Shown here: positions 24,371 to 38,000 of the stretch, one piece after another | Numbering within the stretch: position 1 is the first letter of the stretch | How the letters are laid out: each line of letters opens with the position of its first letter | NCBI GenBank assembly: GCA_000934665.2 | Contig: JYFJ02000723.1 | Span: forward strand, 62,001-114,377 | Direction of reading: 5' to 3' | DNA length: 52,377 nucleotides | From: Catajapyx aquilonaris | Taxonomy: Eukaryota | The notes under the pieces: model-generated | What the model was told of the DNA's origin: nothing | The model's database searches: none | Seen by the model: only the letters and a program-made list of their open reading frames with translations | Translations under genes and position numbers: made by a program

Positions 24371-24547
24371 AAAGTGTGACTCGTAGTCTGAAAATCATCT
24401 TATCAGCCGATCAGCAGCTGTTTATTCAATATCTATAGGTATCATTTCTCGTAATTAAAGTGTGACTCGTAGTCTGAAAATCATCTTATCAGCCGATCAG
24501 CAGCTGTTTATTCAATATCTATAGGTATCATTTCTCGTAATTAAAGT
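24371..24547. repeat. Perfect 86-bp tandem duplication
   Basis: AAAGTGTGACTCGTAGTCTG...CATTTCTCGTAATT at 24371-24456 and 24457-24542, followed by AAAGT (5-bp microhomology). Confidence 0.95.
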
Positions 24548-25251
24548 CAACCAAATCGGCGCCGATGCTCTCAATTGCTGAAATCTGCACAAGGCCAATA
24601 TCATTACCGTTTCTCTTTGTTCGGTAGTTTTTCTTACATGTGTAGCGTCCAATCACGCAAGCTATTATTGATGCCACGGGATTATATGCCGCCCCCTCTC
24701 AGTCATACGGCATCGCTTCCATTGAATAACAATAACAGATTAATGGGAGCAAGCAGCCTGCGAGGCATGTTCCAGTGAATAATGCCATGAAGGTTGCAGG
24801 TGATGCCAGGATAAATGACAGTGAGCGTCTGCACTTCATTGACCACTGTAATGATTGGTCTTCGCAGCAATTTTCTCCCAGGATTTGACCATGAACTTCG
24901 TTGAGTATGTGTGCAGTACAAAAATAATCTAACCCAAAAAAGCGTAACCTTCACTATTTGAACATTGATCCGTCCTATCTATGCCATGAATGATGAATGT
25001 AGTTGCAAAATAATATCCATATTGATCTACTTCCTATATCTGGATATGTACAAAAAAAAATGTGCCAAAGAAACTAGAACCGGTCTACACATCATGAAAC
25101 AACTATGCAAAGCTGACGTATCTCCGGAGTCGATGTGCGAAACTGATACCGACCAACTTTAGGGTATTTAAATCTACAAATGACTCATTCGCACAGTGTG
25201 CACACAGACTGTACCAGTTATCAGCTCAAAAGTCCCTTCTATCTCACCGAG

Positions 25252-25324
25252 GTTTCCGTAGTGTAGCGGTTATCACGTGCGCCTCACACGCGCAAGGTCC
25301 CCGGTTCGACCCCGGGCGGAAACA
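25252..25324 (+). tRNA. trnV-CAC: tRNA-Val (anticodon CAC), variant isodecoder
   Basis: Same as the 23463 copy except one T>C in the D loop (GTAGCGG) and one in the T loop (TTCGACC); followed by a T-run terminator. Confidence 0.96.
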
Positions 25325-27079
25325 CACTTTTTTTTATATAAAAAATTACAAGTTCGTTAAAAGATGCATTTAGTTTGACATGGCCTGCTCAACGAATCGT
25401 GTCGAAATAATGTCGTAAAAGAGGCGGAAATTGATCACGACCATGCACCAACTACTTGAGAATGCAGTCTACGTTTTTGCATCTACGTGTTCTCCAGCAA
25501 ACTCCACCCTTTTTACTGTACTGCAAGTAGGAGTCCAGATCGCTATCGGTCACTACCTGTACCCAGGTGCTCAATCACCCGTCACTTCCTCCAGAGTTGA
25601 AGCACCTCATGTTTTTCCTCAAAGATTTTCTCCATATGTAAATCCACTTCTGAAAAAGGACATCCCACCTACACTCCATCTTCAAACCTTCCTCGTTACA
25701 TTTTTAGCCAACGCTCCAATGAACTCGAGTCCATGTCCCTGAACTTGACCCCATGAAGCCACGACATCGACCCCCCTGACATGTTTACACCTCTTAAATG
25801 TCGCTCGTCCGATGATGATCTAAGTGCGCAGTTGGGTACCAGGTAACGAAAAAAAAAGTAGGTCTGCGGTGGCTTATTAGGCACGCGGGGAACAATGCAC
25901 CTCCGGGCAGTGTTGTCCGCTGAGTGTGCTGTTAGGAATGCAGATTCACTTTTTTTTGTGTTCCTTTCTGGGGCGGCTGTCTAACATAATTACTGGCAGT
26001 CTGGGGTCCGAAAAAAAACATCCAGGGAGTAGTGAGAAAGGGTGTGGACCATCAGGAGAAAAGTCAGGCCCCCCTTTGAGTAGGACCGCCTAAGCACGAT
26101 GGCATCTCCCATGGCCAGGCTTCATAACCAGATTACTTTCTTCAACACCATTAAACTTTCTCCGGCATAACTCCCGTGTAGCATGACGCATCGTAGGGGT
26201 ACCCGGTCCGATATGGTGAGAGGGTATACACTGGGGCTGATTCACCCTTTGGGCTTATGTCCATCAATCTTGGCTCAGCCCCGCTATCTCCTGCAAGCTC
26301 TAATCTTCGGGATTCACGAATTGCGAATGAGGGGCGGGGATGGTTTTCCAGCTTGCAGCTTGCAATTCCCGGTTTAGAATGTGTGACTCATCCACGGGGC
26401 AATACCGGTCAGATGCATCGGGGTCGCTCCAGGCTGCTCCAAAAGTGGGGTAGGAGGTATGGAGGTGAGAACGTGCATATCAGATATAAATAAAAAAATA
26501 TGTCGCACAAAATGCCAGAAAACCCTATAGACATTTTTTTTGCTACTTTTACATCAATACCGGCCATAAAAGGGCTATTGACGCGGAGTAACCTATAATT
26601 TGCAGATAATTATTGCCATTGAGAAAGGGAGCATAAACCTGCTGGTGACTATAGTGCACTTATCTTTATAAGCATGTAGTAAGAAATGCTATTATTCGAA
26701 TTAATAACCTAATTCAAGAATAGTGTAGAATAGTAGTCAAGAATAGGTGTGCACCAATTACCAATCACATTGCAAGACTAATACGGCTCAAAATATATTT
26801 AGACTGTATATAATTTTTTCCAGCACTCTATAAGACCTACAAATACAGTCGCGTGTAATTTGAGCCGTCTAAATCATTTGTGAAAATTGTAGTTGCATCG
26901 CTGCTCTTCTTGGCTATTCAATTGCACAATTATTTAATTGCCTTCCAGCTGAGTTGACAAAAAAGCATTCTGGTTTTCAATGAATTATTATGATGATGAT
27001 TATTATTACAAACAACACTTCCAACAAATGCACATATTTGAATCAATTACAAAAAATTAAAACGACAAAAGCGAAAAAG

Positions 27080-27152
27080 TGTTTCCGCCCGGGATCGAAC
27101 CGGGGACCTTGCGCGTGTGAGGCGCACGTGATAACCACTACACTACGGAAAC
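27080..27152 (-). tRNA. trnV-CAC: tRNA-Val (anticodon CAC)
   Basis: Reverse complement is identical to the 23463-23535 copy; T-run terminator follows on the minus strand. Confidence 0.97.
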
Positions 27153-30100
27153 TTCCATGAGAGACAGCCTCTCTACACTCCTGCCAATGGGTCCTTTACC
27201 CGACTAGACAAGAGACAAAAAAAAACCACAATCTGAACCCTGGACACCGCAAGTGCAATAATCTCCAGCCAAAAACCCAAATATTTGTGGACTTTTGGCT
27301 AGTCATGCCGCACATGGCGCATTTTCGAGTTCGTTGACTCCATAATAATTCCAGAGCTGGGCTGAGTCGCAGGTCTCTGTCCTTGTTGTTGTTGTTTCCA
27401 ACAGCCAATTCGACTCATTCGATTGGAATCCAGCTAAACCGATAACCTTAGAAGTAGGACTATGAACTTGCCCTCATTTCCATTCCCGAACATTACCGAC
27501 AGTCACTCTAGCTTACGGGTGCAATCGGGCACATAAGGAGTGAGTCAAGGACAGAGGGCAACAATCTGATCATATCTGCATTCCAGCTAACAGCTTCCCA
27601 GTTTTCAGTCAGAAATATCAATAGAGGAGTACACGTGTAGGTAAATGGCACGCAAAAAATATTATTTGGCTTGTTAGTATTCCTGGCGTCTTCGCACGTT
27701 TGAGTTATGTAACAAGTGTGCAACTCTGAACCGGTCAAATAGCCTCACGCCAGAAGTGATATGTTACAGGGTGGCTTTTTGTAAGCAGCAAATGTGTAAT
27801 GAGGCGTCCTTAATAGCATTTCCATTTTCTATTTCAAAGCCATCCCGACTCGCCAAATCTCCTCATCTGCCAAGGCACCAGCATAATGAGTGACTTATCC
27901 AGGATTTATCTCCGGATTATACAGACAGGACAGAGGCACGTATCCTACAGTGAAAAGTGACTGTCAACAACGGACTTCCAGAACATTTCCAGATTACTCC
28001 AGTTACATCTGAATAGCCGGTGTCGTTGGTATAGGCTACTTGGACAGGTCCAAAACATGCTTTAATTCTAGAAGTTATTATTAGTAAAATGATCAATTCA
28101 GAAATGAAATTTTTTATTGCAGCTGTAAGATCATGTGACGGTAGAAAGCACAAAATGTAACAATTTATTTTGGTACTCGTTACATTGAGCTGTATACAGC
28201 TCAATGTAACAAGGACCGAAATAAATTCATTCATTAATAAAAATAAAAATAAAGGTGACGTGTTGATTTAAAGAGTCTACACCTGTTCATGAAGTCTATA
28301 TAATAAACGCACAAGCACTTGTAATTTTTCCAATGAGACACATCGGACCTGATTCTATTGGGTCGTTCAATTCCAGGCACCAGATTGACTCAATTTAATC
28401 GCACGACCAACTGGTTGCCAATAGTGATCTGTCAGTTAACAAGCCCCCAATTACACCCATCAATTTGAGATGCCTCTGGCTACCTCTAACGAGGACTCTA
28501 TACAACCGCGTGTTATCCCCCAATAAACGCACCAACAAATCAGCAAATAGTAAACCCTGCCAGCTCCGATGACACCAGAATAAAATGCAAATAGAGTGCC
28601 GAGTGCAAATTTTTTGGACCCCCCCTATGAGACGCTGGCATTGCAAAGCAGTAAGTTCGGGGAGCCCCAAAGTTTGCCCATGCTTTTATGAGCGAGATGG
28701 GATTGGAAGATGGAAGAACCAGTTTGGCTAGATTCTGCCTGCTGCCTCCTTCCCAAGGGTGCTGCTCTTGAATAGACCCTATACCAAAAACTAGGTGCTG
28801 CCAACTCATTTACGCTAACGTTTATTATACACGCTTATGTGGTCAGAAACACGTTGAAGCTGCTCAAAGACACTTTGGAGCTGCTACTCTCCCAGAAAGG
28901 GAATAGGAAGCAAAATTTTCACAACTATTTTATTAACTATTTAACTATTAGATAAATCTGGTCTCTGTAGGAAAATCCAATTTAGGCTACTGTGATTGAT
29001 ATTATACCAGATTTAATTTAATAATTCCGCAACCGCCCATGACAACATCGTGAACACGGTGGCAATACATCTTGTGCGGTCAAAACCGAAAGGCGACGAA
29101 AAAGATATTAACCCCGGTCATGCAAGTCAACAAGAGTAATGATTGGCCGAGAATGAAATAACGTAGCGTGAATGGCACCCTGACGGACAAAACGAAAAAG
29201 GCGTTGATCCTCTCCATATCCCGATGTAAATTCCTTTGGAGAGACTCAAGCTCTCTGGAACTGGTTTTTCTAAGAGGGGTGCATCTGCCTGCATCGCGAA
29301 TACGATGTGAAAAATCCAGTTCCAGAACCTTGTCCGGGGGATTCGCTGGACTGGTGGCTTCCTGCCCTCTTGCATTCCCACTGCCTGCATCATTAGTCTT
29401 TGTCTGATTATTCTGCAGTACTCTGGCCTTTCCTGGAAGTTGACTAAGGTTTCTCAGGATGCAATTTGTCAGAGCGTCTGCTGCATTCGGTTGCATTGGA
29501 AAAGGGCAGCAAAAACAGGTTGAGGAAACAATACCAATTGTGCAGATTTTAGCTAAAATTGATCAAACATGGCTGATTTGGATATTCAGTTGTTTGTTTA
29601 GTTAGAAAAATTAAAGTTTAAACTAAAGTTGTTCACAATTGCGTGTAAGTGCAGAAGCTATCCATCACCATCAACATGTCTTTTCGTTCTGGCGGTTGCC
29701 AGTTTACCTTGCGGTATAATACGCCAACCGCAAAAATGGCCCAGAGCAAATCGTGTCGACTAAGTGAACCATCAAAAACCGAATAAAGTCTGCAATTTAG
29801 CCTCGTAATTGAAAGTGCCGGCATTTCAGAAACATCGAAAATGTGGAGAAAAAAAAAGAGGTAAGAAGGTATCCGTTAGTAGGCGTGTTTTGTTAGTTGT
29901 TTTGGACTTGAGAAAAGGCCGACGTCCGGCCTTGGGAAGAGCTGCTGGAAAAATCTGGAGGCCCAATCACAACTTCCCAAAGTGGTCAAGGTAGAAAAAT
30001 GAGTTTACTCGGGTGCTGGGAAGGTGAACGAACGCCATCCGCGAAACTACTATACAGGCCGCCCACCAATTATTGCGCTTATCCCTTGATTTCAATCATG

Positions 30101-30685
30101 CTTGGGTTATGGAGGAAATAAATTAGCACCCTGGAATACTCCATAATATCACGCCCAGTTCTAAGAACCGGAAAAGTATTATGCAAATACTTTTGCTGAA
30201 TGTTCCTATAAAATAATTTCTGGACATTGGCCACTCACAGGTCCACTCTGTGGGATACATAGCGGAAGTATGTGCAGTTCTTTGGAAATGAGCCCGCAGT
30301 CTCCCTAGGAGTTTCCTCCTCACAAAAGACAAGAACATGCAAATGCACCTGCATAAGAGGGAACTGTCCAGTGCGAAGAAGAATTCGAAAAAAAGGCGAG
30401 AGGAATGGCAGGGGGTCTTCCTGGGACTGGATTTGACGGTCAGCGAACCTTGACATTTCCCACAGGATTCCAGTCCAGCACAAGGTCACCTTACAAGACT
30501 TCCGAAGGTCAATGGACCTGCATTCACTCTCTCTTAAAACCACTTACATATTTTTCATCGTCACGTTTCATTGCCGATTCACCCCCCTTGTACTTCCCCT
30601 CCTAAGCCGATTAAGTAACAGAGTAAACACCATTGTGACCTTACAGGAGGACTCCACCTTCCATTTATTAGGACCCTGAATCGAC

Positions 30686-30753
<68 letters not shown>
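30686..30753. repeat. (AAT)n microsatellite, about 22 units
   Basis: Uninterrupted AATAATAAT tract. Confidence 0.97.
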
Positions 30754-30754
<1 letters not shown>

Positions 30755-33700
30755 TTGTGCTCGTAGTTGCATAACCTCGAGGGTGACCGACTGACATGCC
30801 AACGTTCAATATTGTTTCCCCGATGATACCTTTGCGTGTGCTTTTCGGCCCATTACCATGTTTGCATCAATTATCTGGAGACGTGTATTAGCTGGCTCGT
30901 CGAAAGATTTTACGTCAAAATATTACGATGTAGGAGGACGCTTAACGATGCTCGAATAGCAATTACCTGCCAAAATATATAGTTGCGCTAATCGGGACTG
31001 ACGGGAAAATAACGATGCTGCGGCTATTGGCCGGCACGGTATTATACGCCTACACTAACATGAGCTTCAGCCTTCACCTGTACTCTATCCGAATCTCGAA
31101 CTAGGGCGTGGCAAACTCACATACTATCGGTCTAAAAGATCACACCCGCCTATAGGACAGTGCCATCATTTCTCTGCCCCAGCAGCAACCTGCGTCACAA
31201 AACACTGCCTTGTGCAATTCTTCGGTAACGCTATAAACCGGTCACCGATCTCCATGAGATAAAAGCAAACCCACGGGTCTCATGGATAAACTAATGATCC
31301 AAATTACACCTGTTCCCTATAATAGCATGTTGTAAAATATAATAACACTGTATAGTTCAGATATTTTCTCATCATACTAATTAGAGGGACAAATCTGTAC
31401 TGTGTACTCATGGGGCTATACCCTGATTTTTCTGGAAATGACTTCACCTTTGTTACCATCATTGCCCAACAGATTCGATAGTAATAACACAATGACAACA
31501 ATGTTGGTCTCTCTGGCCTTTAAACTGATTCATAACAAAGGTACCGCAGTTGACAATTATTTTTGGTGTTAATTTACCAACATCTGCAGGCTGAACCAAG
31601 CCCATACTAGCAACATATCCAACACTCAAGTAACCACCGCACAACAAAAATAAGCAACAACGAATGTAATTGAGAGGACTTCCGCGTAACGCATGAAGCA
31701 ATGTGGGAGTACCTGAAAAGAGCGCCTGGAAGTCCTCTGGTCCTTCCGAAGGGCTAGTGGTAAGCTGGCTGGACTGCGACGACAATGATTAATGAGGGGG
31801 TCCCTAGAATTCGGACTCACCTGAGCCCAGGCTAAAACAGGTGGATGGCCCCAAAGGGAGCAAAATGAGGAGCCATCCCTGCATCCCACCTTTTTATTCT
31901 TTGGCTCCATACACCCCACCCCGCCTACCCGAAGAAGAGAACCCAACCCCACTTGCTTTGGTCCTCCACCCACCCACCCACCCCCAATCTGAAGAGGGCG
32001 GTTTTTGGGATGGTTTGGAAAGAGGGAGATCGAGAGAGGGTGGTGGGGTGTTGGCCCCCAAGCTCTGGGCTCGGGTGGCCTTGGCAATGAACCCGCCCAA
32101 TGATAACCGAGATTGACCGAGCTGGTTTGGTGGGTGGGGTGAGGTGAGAGGTGCCAGTAGATGATGATGGTGAAAGGGGGGGTGGGCGAGTCTTCATGCT
32201 GCTGCCCTCCACGGAAACGGGATCCCAGCATCGTCTTGCACTCGGAAGGTCAGGGTCAGAGCATGATGGCACGCCACTCTACCCTTTCATCGAACACATA
32301 TAAAACGATCTAGATTCGAACCAAGGACAATGTATGCAAACAACGGTGTGGATGGCACCGTACCAAAATTGAGAGTCACGTGACAGCAATGCATTTTGTC
32401 CGGGTGACACGTTTTGGGCGTCTGGACATCTGTATTCGCTGGCTGTCATCATGTCGTGCCGGCGACTTCAACGGACGGGTATGAAACGAACCTGAGGCGC
32501 AGAATAAATTGAACGCGGCTCTGGCCTGCACGAAACAGTGGTCAGTAAGCGACCTCGCAGCTCGTTAGTCTTAATCGCTTTACCTCTGTGTATGGCAACA
32601 CACCACAGGTCATTAGGTACCGCGGTAATGACAGGTAATGACGCCATTTGCCGTCATTATTGTGGTGAAGAAGCGCAGGATGAAGCTGTCAGGAGAAATG
32701 ATGTGGCGGGGCCACAGAGAGCCCAGGTGTATTTATGGTCTTCGCACCTTCAGAAATGTTCCTCAATTGCAGAGCAACTTTATTGGTTGTATGAGTGTAA
32801 TAGACATGCGATGAAACTGATGGGACAAGTGTAAAGCTTCACAGCTACCAGAATCTCACATAACACCTATGTAGTCAGTATAGTAAATGCAACCGTAATC
32901 AATAATCATGCAAGCAATTTAAAAAAAAAAATCATCAATCACCAAGTATCTCGCCTAAATTGTAAATCCATTCCTGTGGTACAGTACACCAGATTAGTTA
33001 GACTTTGCTTGTCCACACAATAGAAGATGATCACACCTGTTTCATGTCAGGCTCAAAATGTATCACATACCGGTACGCTGGATGACCTAATCTTGGAAGT
33101 TGAACTCCAAATACTCCAGGGCCACACTTGTCCACTACATCTGCCATCTGGAGATGCCAGCTCCTTTCTTTCCTCTTTCTTCCCCCTTTTTAACTCTTAT
33201 GCGTAATGGGAAACTTGGCAAGCGCCAACCGGACGCTGAATCTGACTTGATTTGCATGAGGCCAAAAGACAGTCCTTTTGTGCTTTCTTACAGTATTGGT
33301 CACATGCCCAATGGATTCATTTGATACAATACAAATAGGTCAAGGGCATGGCCAATTCATCCAATGACCTGCTGTCAATCACATACCTTTTCAACTGTCA
33401 CATTATGGTAATACATGTCCCCATGAAGAATGAGAGGGGCTACATATCTACACAATGTGGGTGGCATATGTAGAATAGGTACAATCTGTCTAGTTACAAG
33501 CTATAAAGCTCATTCTAAGTGTGTTCACATGTTAATCTGGCAAGACAGCCATTTTTCAAGTCAACCTAACATTATATTGACATAACTGATGGCATGACTT
33601 GTAAAATCTACATAAGCATGACAATGTATACATACACACACATTTTTTTACCATCTTGGAACGACTGCCTATCAACACAACACTGTTCACAATGTGTGTG

Positions 33701-35077
33701 GGGACCAGTTTAAGAACGTTGATCATCTGCCTCTGTCATCTTCCCTAAGCTGCCGTAACAGTGGATCGAGAACGGATTCCAAGGCCAACATGTCCAGCAG
33801 AGTTCAAAAGGGTGGTTATAATGACCCCGAAGGGAATTATTTATGGGCCAGTGTGGATTGCGAATAATCCATTAAATGGGTTGCAACTTATGCGGTTTAG
33901 TTGAAAGGGTTCATGCATCTTCCTGACAGCTGCTTTCGCCCCAACGGAGTGCACTTTGCATGCTATGTGACAACCCACTGATATCAGGCCCCGGCAGCTT
34001 CTTTTTTTTGCCTTCACACTACTCTCTTCCAATTCTCACTACGCTTCCCCTTACCTATACCTCATGATCGTGAAAAATTAATACTTGTAGATGCTGGATT
34101 TTCCCCAGCCGATTAAAAAAAATGCCAGTGTAACTAGTTAGTGAGGGTCATTGACGTGACCACAAAAAAAAATTGACAATCCCAGTATTAAGACAACCTA
34201 AGGAAGAAACATGGCTACTATCATAATGCACTTTCTCTGTTTGAGTTGTGGTGGGAAAACCATGCTCCCAGAAGATTTCTGACCTAAAGTTCTGACGTCA
34301 CCAAGGGCAATGCAACTGGACTCCTTGCAATCCTTAACCGGTTAGTGGATTTTACACCATTTTTACGGCTCCCAGGACATGTTTGCTATGCCATATGGCG
34401 ACTTGCATTGGTTGCTAAAATTCTTCTGGTATGGGGGTGGGGTGGGAGGAGGATACAACAGGATAGTAACAGGATTTCACATCCCCAAACTCTGGCCCTA
34501 CAACAAATCTGCAACCAGCTGAGTCATCAGCTAAGGTAACATTTCACTACAGTTGGACTGCAAGTCACGTAGAACATGCAGGTGTAGGGGTATGATAAGC
34601 TGCACCAAAACTTCCAATTAATCTCATGAGTAACACTTCAAATGAGTGTCAAAATAATTTTAAAAAGCTGGGAATAAAAGGGACAATTTAAATTAAGAAA
34701 TCATATGACTGTAGAAGGAGCGGGGTGTAGTCGCAACTCATAAAACTGGAAGAATTTGAAACATGCTGTGACAGGTGGACAACACCTACACCTACTAAAC
34801 TACTAAAGAATAAATGTGACTCACCTCCTGACAAATTCCATCCCTTGCTGTACAACACTCTCAGCCCTGGAAATACCTTTGCACATTATGGCTTCCACCA
34901 GGTTTCTGCACGGGAGTGAAGCAAAAAATATGCACATGATATACAATGAAAAGAATTTTACTCTACACAAAATATTCTACAAAAATCTGTGGGCTTCCTT
35001 GCTATAAGTAAGACATTCAAATAATTCTAAAATAACACTTCCTGTCATACGGGTCCTTATAGTGGAAAATGTTTTAC

Positions 35078-38000
35078 CTAGAATTTGAGACTGAACCCAG
35101 CTCCATACACTGGCCTTCCCTTATCCTGTCCACCCATATGGAACCTGGATATTGGAACATGATCATCAGTGTCCCCCAACTGCTTATACTCTCTCCCACC
35201 AGATGGCGCCTTTGGACTGGCCGCTGCAAGTGCCTTTCTATGCCCAAGTTCACTCTTTGCTGGCCAGGTTGGAAACATTGATGGCTCGATGGGCACTGGT
35301 GCCTCCTGCAAGTAATTTATGTAAAACTGATTTAAAGAGCATTACTATGCAACATGTAGAAACATGAAGAAATGAAATGCTATGAAAAGTGCTGTATTTA
35401 AGAAATTGTAAACTGACCTGTAGTCATCCACAAAATTAAGAAAAGTTTATGTCAAAAAATTGCTACAAAGTGCCAAATATATCTTATAAATTATTGTTGC
35501 AAAATCATCACAAACAGGACCAGTCTGAGGATGCACTTTGTTGTGTTGCATGATAATTTTTAGTTGCTTTAATTCCTAATAATAATGAGACTAAAAAAAT
35601 TAAATTCAACGTTTCTTGAGTTGTCCAGTTTGGAAATTGAATTTCATTTTATTTTTGGTGTGAAAATGGTTATGAAATTATTTTCACAACTCATGAAAGA
35701 GGTAGTTTAAGAAACTTTAATTTTCACTTTTAAGTTTATTATTACAGTAAAATCTCGATAACGCTCTTCAAGGGACCACCCAAAAGTGAGTTATATATGT
35801 GGGAAAATTCAATGGAAATGATCAAGGGATTGGAAAAAGGGGGCATTAAAAGTGGGAAAGCGGGATATGTGGGAGCTTTATATCGAGGTTTTACTGTATT
35901 AGGAACAACTTCACTAAAAATTATCATGCCATACATCAAAGTTGATCCTTGATCAAATCCCTCCCACGAAGTATATAATTCCAAAAGGCCCACAATGAGC
36001 ATAAAGGAGTCTTGCCTGGAAGTATTCGTGCACTAAGGCCTTCTCAGATGTGATGCGCTTGGCTGGGTCGTATGTCAAAAACCTCCCCATCACATTCAGT
36101 CCCAGATCTGAAAGCATTGTTGGCCCAAATCTTCCCCTCAGCTGGTTGACAGGGTACTCAGTGAAGTTAATCTTTTGTACGTTCGGTAGTCTGGAGTACC
36201 CAGGCCACACCTGAAAAATATAATAACAGTAAGGGCATGTAAAAATGGATGGTCATGGAAATGGAAAAAACACAAGCTACAGGCTACAGTGCCTTCCAAT
36301 TGATATTTTAAAAACATTATGCAATAGCCATGGGCAAGTTTTGCGACACTTTACCAAAGTCAATTTAACAGCCAGAGCATATCAGGTACTGCAGTTTTTC
36401 AATGCCTTAAAATATTTTTACAAGCAGCATAAATCCCAAATTTGTGCTCCACTTAAAAGGGTAAATTAAATTGCACATACCTTGTCATTAGGTGTACCAA
36501 GATCCTTAAAAATCCTGTTAAGTTGGTCCACTTCTGACTTCCCAGGGAACATGGGTTCCATGGAGAGTAGCTCCCCGAAGATACACCCAACTGACCACAT
36601 GTCAATTGGCGTCGAGTATTCCTTGGTGCCAAGGAGCAACTCTGGGGCCCGATACCAAAGGGTGACCACAATAGGTGTGTATGGCTTGAGTGGGGATCCA
36701 TACTCGCGTGCCAAGCCAAAGTCACCCACTTTTAGCACTCCTTTGTGGCTGAGCAGCAGGTTGGAGGTCTTCAGGTCACGGTGGAGGATCCAGTTGTCAT
36801 GCAGGTGGCGACAGGCTCGGAGAAGCTGTAGCATCAAGCATTTTACCTCCCCAGGGACAAACACCTGCTTCTTGTGCTTCATTGTCTCCATGAGACTCTT
36901 CAGGTCATGCTCCACATAGTCCATCACAATAAAGATTTTGTCCATGTTGCTCCCCACCACAATTTCCCGAACTGTTACAATGTTGGGATGCTGGGCTTTT
37001 AGGAGCGTATTGATCTCTCGCAGCGAGGTAATGGGAAAGCCTTCCTTCTCCTTTTCCATCTTGAGGCGCTTTAGAGCCACAATCTCTTCAGTGCGCTTGT
37101 CCTTAGCTCGGTAAACTACACCATAGGTGCCTTCTTCTATCCTATATTGGAGACAAAAAGAATGGGACAGGTCAATTTGCTATTAATACACAGTCACATG
37201 AACAAATCTGCAGAGTGGAAAAAGCACATTGTGATAAGGGTGTTTTTACGCAATTAGAATAAAAACATGATGTTACGCACTGTGCCGATGTGCCTATTCT
37301 CTGTAGGAGAGCAGTAGAATGGATACCTCCATTCTGTAAAAATTGTCTGTCTCTATTGAACAATGTTCCATTAAATATGTCAATGAAACGTTGCAAATCC
37401 TCACCTGGAACCAGACAAAAATTCAGCAATGGATAAGGCTCTGCAGATATCCTGGATCAGCTATTGACAGGTTTCACTGCCAATTTTTTTTAAAAAAAGG
37501 TAAACAGTGCTGCCTACCTGTTGAGGCACTGGAACTCCTCCACACTTCTGCACCCTTGAATGGCTGGAAGATACGGTGGGAGGTTGCTAGTTTCATCTTC
37601 CTCCTCCTCCTCCTCCTCTTGGGCAGCAGTATGAGGTGTTCGGTCTCCTCCATCCCTCTCTCCTCCTCCTCTACCAGGTGAGTCCTTCCTTTCTTCATCA
37701 GTCAGCCCTTCCCCTCTTCCATTGGCCTCTCTACTTCTTTCGTCACCATCAATCTCCATTACTTCTACCCGGCCTTCATCATCCTCTTCTTCCTCTTCAC
37801 CATCATCCTCTTCCTCCAGCATCTCCCCTCTTCTGCGTCTGGCCATACCTGATCCAACAGCCCCTGCTGGACCACTTTCACCCTCCGACTCACTTTCACC
37901 AGCACTACTCTTGCTCTCGGCTGACTCAGACTCACTGCTGGAGCCTTCCTCGTCTTCCTCCTCCTCCTCCTCCTCTTCTTCTTCCTCCCCATCCCTGGCT

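Noticed and set aside
24371..24547. Direct repeat as a CRISPR-like array
   Set aside because: Two adjacent copies with no spacer, in a eukaryotic context with no cas genes.
29080..29496. 138-aa minus-strand ORF
   Set aside because: No recognisable motif or convincing exon structure; could be chance, but a BLAST or RNA-seq check is cheap.
30579..30809. Poly-Leu ORF resembling a signal peptide
   Set aside because: Translation of the (AAT)n microsatellite.
31626..32272. Overlapping GC-rich ORFs up to 201 aa
   Set aside because: Stop-poor because of G/C runs; no family similarity recognised.
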